DNA of 46,685 bases, filler included, from Catajapyx aquilonaris (taxonomy: Eukaryota), in NCBI GenBank assembly GCA_000934665.2. It is 2 parts of 2 records of this genome, joined end to end, with 100 filler letters (N's around TTAATTAATTAA, not from the genome) between each part and the next. Parts side by side here need not be neighbours in the genome. Positions count along the whole stretch, not along the records: positions 23,409 to 46,685 come from JYFJ02005708.1; 1 more part is not named here. One strand, 5' to 3'. Shown one piece after another: positions 36,990 to 46,685 of this stretch. A model generated the notes under the pieces. The model was not told the DNA's origin. It saw only the letters and a program-made list of their open reading frames with translations, and did no database searches. The position numbers and the translations under genes are program-made. Every line of letters starts with the position of its first letter. Positions within the stretch are counted from its first letter, which is position 1.

Positions 36990-37720
36990 GCAGGTTCATT
37001 ACATAAGGTGCAGTTAATCTCATTGTCCAGTACAAGTGTGTATCCCTTCATCCAGTATTTCCTTGAATTATTCCTCTGATTTATTATCAGTCTGGTCATT
37101 GGTAGAGGCAGCTAGGAGTCGAAGTAATGTTGTCTTAGATGGTCCGTAATTATATCTTTGTAATGTACATAATTTTTTCTCGAGTCCCTTACGCAATTCA
37201 TGTCTTTTTCTATGGACAATTGGATTTGTGTTGTTAGTATGTCTTCTAAGTTTATTTTGCCAACATTATCTGCCCACGTGTCAAGTGAAATGCCAGAAGA
37301 TGTAAATATTTTTCTGACTGAAGCTATCCATTCTTTTGGGTCTGGGTTTTTCACTTTCACAGCATATGTGAAACATTGACTAATCAATTCTTTTGGATCT
37401 GCCAAAACTGTTTTCAGCAAAAAATGACAATTGTTTGATCCCTCCGATCTCCAGCGGCCTCCTCCCCGTTTCCAGTCTGAGAAAATAACCAGACAAATTT
37501 GGAGACAAGCTCCTTGTATAAAATTATACGTAACTGAATTCTAGTAGCATAAAAAATTTTAATGCCAGATTGAAAACGAAAACAACAACATCCAGGCATT
37601 GATCATTGCAGACATGTCCAGCCTGAGATAAGGATTTACACCTCTTAATTTTAAATCCAAGCCTTAAACTCTCAATCATGTAGATATGCAAACTCCCTTG
37701 AGTTGACATTGAAATTTTCA
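36990..37720 (-). mobile_element. Degraded LINE ORF2 C-terminal fragment
   Basis: EWIASVRKIFTSSG...W and RLII..R...GY...CTLCNE typical of post-RT LINE regions; absent from duplicate copy B. Confidence 0.55.
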
Positions 37721-37807
37721 GCTGTCAGGAATATTTCCATGTCTCGAAAGGGAAAATGTATTGCAGCATTTTATATGCAGAGCATGTTGGAGTCGCACTG
37801 CATGTTG

Positions 37808-38507
37808 AATGGTAATAACTCGGCTTTCCCATTATGAAAAAAATGTGACCTAAAAGTAGCTGCATTTCCTGACTTTACTTGATTGAAATTTTATGAAGGT
37901 TCAAATGCAGTATTTCACATGCAGTATTTACTTTGCCTCCTGTTGCTTGTACCAAAAAATTGCTGAAGAGAAGTGAAACCCACTAAAAAACCTAAGCTAC
38001 ACTGCAGTTGCGCATAATTCCTGCTCATCAAGCATTTGATCAATGTACAATGCTGGACATTAATGGTGTGGTACTGGCGGCGCCATGAGCCGCTGGCAGC
38101 AAAAGAGCAAATTGAAGCAACGAACTGGTCGCTAAATCATCATTTGGCACATAATTCAAGTCACTCTTTTGCTGCCATCAGCTCGTGGCACCACCATTAT
38201 ATGTGGGTGATTTGATGAACAATGTCATCGCCGAGCGATAACAACTCTGAGTAACCCGAGTAACCAGTATTGTTGGAGGCGAAAATCGATTGTTACTTTC
38301 ACCTCAATCAATATTGGTTACTTCGTCCCGCGACAACTTCGCTCGTCAAATCGCTCACATGTAAACGCACCTTTAATGTCCAGCGCTGTACATGATCTTG
38401 CCAGTTATCACCAGTATTCACCCGTCCAGTTTTAGTCAGGCGAGTGGCCCTTGTTTTTTCCCATTACTAGTGATGCATTATGCCACTCACAAAACCATTA
38501 CAAAATA
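37808..38507 (+). repeat. Diverged direct duplicate of 40603-41463
   Basis: Colinear from AATGGTAATAACT to GCCACTCACAAAACCATTACAAAATA. Confidence 0.9.
38048..38388. mobile_element. Tc1-type MITE (CARTGCTGGACATTAA TIR); duplicate at 40844-41344
   Basis: TA|CAATGCTGGACATTAA ... TTAATGTCCAGCGCTG|TA. Confidence 0.7.
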
Positions 38508-39759
38508 TCAAACAGTTTCTCAAGTCTAATCTACTATCCTGCTGTCCATTGTTGCTTTTTGTTGACACTGTTGACTCATATTATTCTGTGAGGGTATTTC
38601 CATAGAAACCTTGATGACGTCAGATTGTTCTCTCATTTTCTGTACATTAGAGTTCGTCTCAATGTATGGTACTAAATTTCTCGAGTAAGAGGACGAGAGA
38701 AACTCTTGCATGGATACCAGGCTTAACAAATCCCAGAAAATAGAGCTACCAAATCATTGAATATTGCGCTCAGTTTATGCAGAATCCCTAGTGCAGGAGA
38801 AATACCTTCACACAGTGACTTAGCCCTCACTCTGACATGCCTGTGGCTTTTGAAGAGTTTGCTAAAATTTTCACATCTCCCCCTATTATTGACATTCCCA
38901 TACATCTAATGAATCTAGGCTTTTAGAAATAAAACGGTGATATGACATGCTAGCTGGAGATGCTTTCTTTCAAAGTTTCATGCCACAGAGAAATACAAAA
39001 GCTGAAACAGAAATGCAAAGGTTAAACCAATTCTCACCTGCCCAAAAACGAAGTGAATGTCCATCGCAGTAGGTAGCCCAACATGCAGCAGCTGCCTCAT
39101 GAGCGTGGTCCTTCCCAGCATAATGTTGGTTCACGACAGGAGCAGGCTGCAGTCGATTTCTTGCCCCAAGCTGGCCACAATGCAATGATGGCATGACCTG
39201 AAAACAATGTTGCATTAGATATTGCTGTAAGGCATTTAACTCTGCTAATTGCAATAAATCTCTCTGGTAAATTTCAGCCTGCAAGTTCATAAAAGTATCA
39301 ATGCCTACATCTAGGGAACTTTCACCCCTGCCGATTGTTCGATTCCTGCACTTCTCGCCATAATGCACATGCACCCGCGGATATGGAAGCAGACCTCTTC
39401 CCCATGAAGAGGAGGCCATGGTAACACAGACAGGAAAGTTCGACTTGTGTGTCAAGTCGAGAGTTTCAAGTTGCTATGAGTTTAGACCTTGAATCAGACA
39501 TCCAAGTCGTAATATTACTAACTAGACCTGCTGCATCAAAAAAGATCAATCAAAAGTAAGTGCCTAATTCACAGTCAGACTCGCTGTGTTAAAGGAACAT
39601 GACACAATATTGATGGCATAATGACCCTCTCCCTGCCATGGGAGAAACTACCTACTTGAAAGTAGCCTGCCAGACAACATGCATTATGTTCATCAAGCAA
39701 TACTGATTAACCCGTTCCTCTGACAAAACCTACAATAGGTTACCTTTGCAACTTTTAAC

Positions 39760-40585
39760 TGCAAATCTGAAAGATTCAACTGTCTACTTTTTTTCAATGT
39801 AGTTTCCAGCCAAATCAGGCATTTGTGATAAAGTTACAGAACATTTTGAATGCAAACATCATAGGAGTTACTTTTCCGCCAGCCATTCCCCCTGCTGGAC
39901 TGTAAACTCATCATCATCAAAACTCTACTTGCTACTTGCATGCCATTTCTTCACGTCGGTGGACAGGTGGTATCGTTAGGCTCTACATCCCTGCTCTTAG
40001 GAGGGTGATCGAACAATTCTCGGCCAAATTCTCCCTTGAATTGTGGCTGGGTTTCATTGCGAAAGGCAGTATGCGGGCGGACATCGTCGCGCAAGAAAAC
40101 CCCCACAAAACTCAACGTGTCACGACATTTCTTTTGAATGGTCATCCTTAAATCTCTAATGTCTCACAATAAACCTTTGGGTTGAACAAATTTCGTTTGA
40201 ATTCCGAAGTGTTTTTCTTGCACGACAATTCTCGCCTGCATACTGCAACCCTGCCGCAACAATGCGAGTGAAAATGGTTTGATCACTGTCCTGAGAGCCA
40301 GGATTTAGAGCATAGCAATTACCACCTGTCCAAGGGCATGAAGAAATGGCATGCAAAGCAGAGGTTTGACAACGACTTGGGAGTTGCAGTCTGGCAGGGG
40401 AATGGCTGGCAGCAAACTCCTATGCCGTATGCATACAAAATCTTCGAACTCTTTGACAAATGCCAACATTTGCCTGGAAACTGTGTTGAAAAAATGTAGA
40501 CAGTTGAACCTTTCAGATGTGCATAATATTAATGCTTTGTAGTTTTTCTAATAAAAAATGTAACTTACTTTCCAGATGAGCCTGT
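39760..40585. mobile_element. Mariner-derived foldback element, copy B
   Basis: Colinear with 36192-36963; ends in AACTTACTTTCCAGATGAGCCT, the inverse of the copy A left TIR. Confidence 0.78.
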
Positions 40586-40846
40586 TATTTTCACAATTCC
40601 TACAATGGTAATAACTGGCTTTACCATGGCGATAAAAATGAGACCTAAAAGTAGCGGCATTCCCTCGCTTTACTTTTATTGTAATTTTATGCAGGCTCAA
40701 AGACAGTATTTCCTATGCAGTATTTACTTTGCGTCCTGTTGCTCGTACCAAAAAATTACTGAAGAGAAGTGAAACCAACTGAAAAACCTAAGCTACACTG
40801 CAGTTCTGCATAATTCCTCCACATCAAGTATTAGGTCAATGTATAA

Positions 40847-40995
40847 AGGCCATTTCACAAAAAAAACGCGGGGCAAACGGCGCGCGTTGCGGCATATTTC
40901 TTATTTATATTTATTATTGCCCATAATTAATAACAATTGGCGGAGCACTCGTTTGCCGCTTGTCGCTGCCGCAAAAGCTTTTTGTGTTTTGGCCT
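40847..40995. mobile_element. PIF/Harbinger-type MITE, 149 bp
   Basis: TAA|AGGCCATTTCACAAAAA...TTTTTGTGTTTTGGCCT|TAA; empty site visible at 38044-38060. Confidence 0.8.
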
Positions 40996-41775
40996 TAATG
41001 CTGGACATTATTGGTGTGGTACTGGCAGCGCCATGAGCCACTGGCAACAAAAGAGCAAATTGAAGCAACGAATTGGTTGCGAACTCATCATTTGGCAAAG
41101 TCACTCTTTTGCTGCCATCAGCTCATGGCATCAACAGTACCACACTGTTAAAGTGTGTTTACATGTGACGATACATGGGCGATTTGACGAACAATGTCAT
41201 CCCCGAGCGATAACAAAGCTGCGTAACCCGAGTAACCGGTATTGTTGGAGGCGAAAATTGCTCGTTACTTTCACCTCAAACAATATTGGTTACTTCGCTT
41301 GACAAATATCTCACATGTAAACGCACCTTTGATGTCCAGCCCTGTACATGATCTTGCCAGTTATCACCAGTGTTCACCAGTCCTGTTTTAGTTAGGCGAG
41401 TGGCCCTAGTTTTTTCCCATTACTAGTGACGCATTATGCCACTCACAAAACCATTACAAAATAATCATCACACAGGAAGAGTGATGTACTGGTGGCTCAA
41501 AACTGCTGCAGCAAAAGAGGGAATTCACCAATTTCCAGAAGCGCGCCTCTCGCGGCCAATTTTGGCCTGCCATCAAAATGGCGGCGTTATGATAGCAGAG
41601 GTGGGACCAGGCTATCCCTGCCCATGTTAAATGGCCTCTGCTTGCTCGCGTCTGGGGGTCTGGAAATTGGTCAATTGAAGCGTTGATTTAGCAATAAATC
41701 CATCGCTTCAATTCGCTATCTTCCCTCAGTGGCGTATGGTGCCAGCAGTATTTCACCATTCTGTTCAGCACTGTA

Positions 41776-42028
41776 AAGTGCTAGACATTAATTCTGTCGT
41801 ACTGCTAGTAACATTTTACTAGGCGACAGAAGAGCACATCAAATTGATGGAGTGCAAGCTTTGCGAGTAAGAAGTGGTGACGTCACAGGCTCCGGGGCCA
41901 TCGAGTACAGTCAGTGACGTCACTCAGGGTCTACCGCTTCTTACTCACACTGCTTGCACTGCATCGTTTCGATGTGCTCTTTTGGGAAATTATCACAAGC
42001 AGCACGACTGAATTAATGTCCAGCACTG
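41776..42028. mobile_element. Palindromic Tc1-type MITE with the same TIR type as 38048
   Basis: TA|AAGTGCTAGACATTAATTC ... GAATTAATGTCCAGCACTG|TA; ~100-bp arms. Confidence 0.75.
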
Positions 42029-45000
42029 TACTATCAGGCCCTTAATTTTGTCGGTTCAAGATGTATCCTGCAAACGAGTGGAATTAGCCCTTACTGTACT
42101 TACCAACTGGCCCGTTAGCAGTACACACCGGCCGCATCTGGAAGCTGTGCCGATGTAGGCCACAGTCAGCCTGGCCAGTGTTCAGTTTCGGTGTGGCGGC
42201 TGAAGTCACGTCCATGCTGCAAAACAAAGCCACAGCGTTACAACCATGCCAGACAGACCCACACACCTTCAAGCCATGCACAGGGCAAGAAAAGCATGCC
42301 CCAACTTGCGCTAAAACAACCTCCCGAGCCCCACCCTACACTAGCCCCCAGTGCGTGCACCAACCAACCTGTGGCCTGCCCCTGGTCCTGCCCCTGCTTC
42401 CTTCAACGTCCATTCTTCAGCTCCACTTGCACCAGTTTGGGGCCACCCACCGCCACCCACAATGGCTTTCCTTCCCCCCAACCCAACCCAGTAGCGTTGC
42501 AATCCCTCCCAACCATCCCCTCTCCTTCCCACAGGGACTCTTCCCTTCCCAAAGGGTACTCTTGGCAACAGGGGTCCTGAGGGAATGGGGTGGACAGGGA
42601 GGGAAGGAGAAGGAAGAGGGGGAAGAAGTAGCCTCTACCCTCGGGGGGTGTCTGGCAGAGGAGGGGACGAAATATCATGTCGCAACATGGCAACTCTACG
42701 AAAGCAGCCAGTTGTGCCTGTGCCCAATCCAGATGGTGTACATGGCCATTCCAGTCCCATAATTTATCAACATTGGAGGACCAGGCCAACATGCCCAGGC
42801 CTTTCCAACATCGCATCGGGGCAGCCTGGTTGCATTTACAACTGTAACAGAAAGACTGAATGGACCGACACATGTTGACACGCTAACAGAAGCGCAAACT
42901 TATTGTAACAGTGCAAGGTAAAGAAACTGTTTAATTCAGATGGAACCACAATTAACTTTTCCCCCGTCATCACGTCACATTTACACCCAGAAAATGTTTC
43001 CCGGCAGCTATGCAATTTATAACACGCATCAACTGACTGTAAATCACTCGACTATATTCTGCTCTTAGAGTTTCAATATCAGAATCGGAATGGGTGAAAT
43101 AGTGACTCCTTGTCTACATGTCTGTATCAGCCACCTAACTCAGAAAAGTAAGCATTTATAAGTGCAGAAGAGATAATGCAGTAATAGCCTGGGAATTGAA
43201 TTTTCTTGAGTTAGCTTAAGTTCAAACAATAATGCATGGATGGGTGATGTAATAGACGTACACCATAATAAGGTTGCAGAAGAGAGAAACATGTAAAGGA
43301 GCACCGTGTATCCAGGAAAATTTCACAACCGGATCATTTTAAAATTTATTACTTATTTATTACATACTTTTGCCATTTAAAAAAAAATTATATTTTAGAA
43401 ACCAGAGTCCTAAAATCTATATATCACATACATAAAGTACGCATTGAACTCTTCAGGTATTCCCCATGATATGGAGCCAATATCAATATGATGCTGCATG
43501 ATACCATGCAAATAAACAAATAACGGAGGCACTTGCAGTCAGATTTACGAATTTTGTTTCTCGCAAACACTTGACATACTGACACTGAGTCTCAATAATA
43601 GACACATGTTATGTGGTAAGTAGTACAAGTATGGGCAATTACTTTCCAAGCCATAAAAAACAGAGGGGCTGATACATTACATGAGACCAGCTGTACTGGC
43701 TGGTTCATGTGGGACCTCAGGCATTTTCCCTCGCTGGAAATGAAAATAGGACCAAGGAAGGATAGGCTAAGGTTGTGGAAGGATTCCACCCAAGGCCTGG
43801 ACAGCATTATTATTGGACTTAGTCAGTATGGAGAACAAGACTGTTCAAGAGGATCTCTCTTCATCATCTATTCACACAGACTTTTCAATAAACTGTGTGA
43901 TATATGTTCATTAAATTTTTGCACAGTGTTTACGTAACTTTGTTGCACAATACATAATTATCAGCAGTTAGAACAGCAGTCAACTCAGTCAACCCAGCAC
44001 ACATAGCGTCTATCTGAATACTTGAATAATGGTGTTTTAGGCGGAATCATGTTCACACACATACAACTACAAGTATGTAATGGTAGTTTCCGAAGACCAC
44101 TTTTTCGCCAGAATTGCTGACCTCACAAATGTCGAGATTCAGGGAAAATAACCTACTTCTGATGTACAGAAAATATCCAAACCTTCAATGCTGTAACATG
44201 TGAGAGTGTAACTAACTATGTATTATTAGTAGGCCATACTGCATCAAATATAATCATGTACAGTATATATTGTGAGAACATCGCTTCATTTTCCCTGGAC
44301 AAAGATGTGTGGCAAGGACCGTCTCACTGTAGATGTAGAATGTCTGGATATGTCGGTGCCAAATCCTCTGCACATGCTATAAATGTGATACCTTGTGTAA
44401 GGCTTATTTTTGGAACATATGTATATGAAAGAGGAAAGCGGCTTTGACGCTCTCACTGCTGAGCAGCTTAAACTTAAACATATGAATGAATTTTATCAGT
44501 GGCAACAGATGGGTCAGAATGACCATACACATTTTGCAGAAAGCAGGCGGGTCCAGTTATAATATCAGGACTTGAGCATCACTATAAATGCGACTGTTAT
44601 GAAAAACATAATTCCGTCTGCCTAAAAGGGTACTGGCATTTATCATGAACTATAATTTGACATAAGTGTAGCTTTTACAGAAATCCACAACAATTTCTTG
44701 GGAGTATCCGGAGAAGTTAACAACCAGGATAAATCTCTAAAATGCAGTCAGTAGCAATATTAATTCATTTACCTTATTAACTATCCTCAATATAAACAAT
44801 ATTAAAGCTCATTCAAGCATTTCTGAGCAACAGGCTGTATCCAGAAGATGTGTTTGACTACCAAAATGAATATGAAGATAATAATAATGTTCTCTTTGAA
44901 TGATATAATTGCAGGCAAGAAACAGGCCGAGACATCGACAAATGATGACGAATGAGGAGGGACCTCGTCCCCAACAACGTAAGTTAACCCACCAGAGTGA

Positions 45001-45619
45001 TATATGCTGGTTCTCTAATCATTTGGGCTAACAACCTGCAACACGTACTAACTTAATCTGTACTTTCTTGTACTTGTGCAGGGCTCAAGGGTCCATTCTG
45101 GTCCCTGTGCCGTTGCTGGTGGTGCCAGCCCCTAAACAACGACTGCCTTCATGGTGAGTATACATACTACACATGAGTGTGAATGATGCCTGCAGGTATG
45201 CATGGGCATACGGTACTTACATAGTGTAATGGTATGCATTCCAGGATTGGGGTTGACCTATAAGTAGAACCAAGTAGAGCGAAGAAGGGAATAAGAGGCC
45301 AAAAGGCTGTATAAGATAATAAAAGGAGTGTACCTGGAAAAAGTTGTTGCGTTTCAATGGTTAGCAATGTCATTTTCTGCTCCATAAATAGAAGGGAGAC
45401 CTGGTAAATAAGCTGCAGTGACAAATTATATAACCTCAACTCAAGATGCCTCAACTACATAATACACTGCATGTGCCTATGGGTATGATGGAAGGTGAGG
45501 GGAGAAGTGGTGGGGAGGAGGGAGTGAGTGCTGTGAAATTCAATCTCATGTGCTGTGGTTTCACATAATTATATGTGGCCTGCTCTAGTATACCTAAGGC
45601 GGTTGTTCATTCTCCTCCT

Positions 45620-45757
45620 CACCAGAAGCCGAACTTCCTCAGCACCTTCCTCATTGGTGAACTGCTTCCCTGGAAACCCACATTTGCCTGCCGCACTGCC
45701 CTTAGGATCGGGTTCATTTTTGGGTGCATGTTCTTTGCGTACATGTCTTACACAACC
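45620..45757 (-). pseudogene. Tc1-like transposase DNA-binding region fragment
   Basis: DMYAKNMHPKMNPILRAVRQANVGFQGSSSPMRKVLRKFGF resembles PTL..IL......F.GS...LR..L...GF; bounded by AG and GTGAG. Confidence 0.5.
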
Positions 45758-46685
45758 TAAAAGATTGTTGAATGATAGTCACACTACATGGTAAATAACA
45801 ACTACCTTCTTTCCATCTAGCCATTAACAGACAGTTCATGAACATAATTATGAGGGGTTCCAGATCAAAGGCCACCAAGTCCAGCGATGGGGGATCTTAC
45901 ACAAAAACATGCAGCAGTTGTGTATTTTAATGTCATTGGGTATTGATGGCACATATGCATATGAAGTTGAATTGTGGCAACACGTGTATGTAATAAAAAA
46001 TTTTAAGATTGTACAGGTGAATGTTAAGTCATTATTGGTTTTTGTTGCCACAAGGAAAATGCATACCGTAATAATTGGCAATACCATCCTCAATTGACCA
46101 CATAATTAGTTATCTGCTAAGCTTCATAGCCTGAGCTTCAATCCAGATCCACCACACGTCAGCCCACTAACCAGTAGTCATGAACCATCTTACCTTGGCC
46201 GAGCTAGTGGATGTGCATTATGCGTACGACGCCGCGATGGCAATGCATGTGCCCTGCATGTTCCCTGATTCTGTCACCGTCCATTCAAGAATATGTTCTC
46301 TTTACTCCCAAACCTATCCAGCAAGGCCAATCCTACATCCACCCCGATGAAGGAAGTCCACATTATCCACATCAGAAAAATTGTCACCAAAACTGTACAT
46401 TTCAAGGGTCATTATGCCATGTGGATTCATGGGGCTCAGAAAGGAATTCAGTTTCTGAATGTCCTAATAATGTCCTTCGCAACAATATTATGTTCTATTT
46501 TATAGGTCACGCGTGTGATTGGTACAAGTAATAAATAATCAGTTTTCTCTCCTCTCCTGGGCTGACATCCACAGGACGAAGCACTCTGTGATGACCAAAG
46601 CCTGTTACATGAACGGGATCAATCAGATGACACGATGGCCACCATCCCGACGACATTTTCTGCCCCATTTCGGGTGTCACGGATT

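Noticed and set aside
42178..42881. Overlapping 97-194 aa ORFs in a GC-rich patch
   Set aside because: Low-complexity composition explains open frames; no recognisable domain.
46211..46531. P2X7-ballast/KolX-like domain suggested by YAMWIHG
   Set aside because: Too few matching residues; a decayed Tc1-like DDE region fits as well, and neither can be supported by eye.

Overview
Repeat-rich animal genomic DNA (probably an invertebrate; this is inference). Two host genes converge. (1) The last four coding exons of a divergent FBXW7/archipelago-like WD40 gene on + (358-6530). (2) The last three exons of a CNGA-type cyclic nucleotide-gated channel on - (13838-11846); its N-terminal exons were not found. 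The rest is mostly nested mobile DNA. There are five tRNA-derived SINE copies from three families that share a covarying 3' stem-loop, a 163-bp solo LTR inside one SINE, a 2.5-kb Sola2-like foldback with ~930-bp TIRs, Kolobok-like, hAT-like, Tc1/mariner and Harbinger-like MITEs with readable TSDs, and a local duplication at 36.1-41.5 kb. Decayed Sola1, Sola2, CMC/EnSpm, Academ-like, hAT, Tc1, Gypsy gag and LINE coding remnants are also present. A 100-bp artificial linker (44 N, TTAATTAATTAA, 44 N) at 23309-23408 means the two halves may not be contiguous. No prokaryote-type system (CRISPR etc.) is present. All family calls come from remembered motifs, not database searches.
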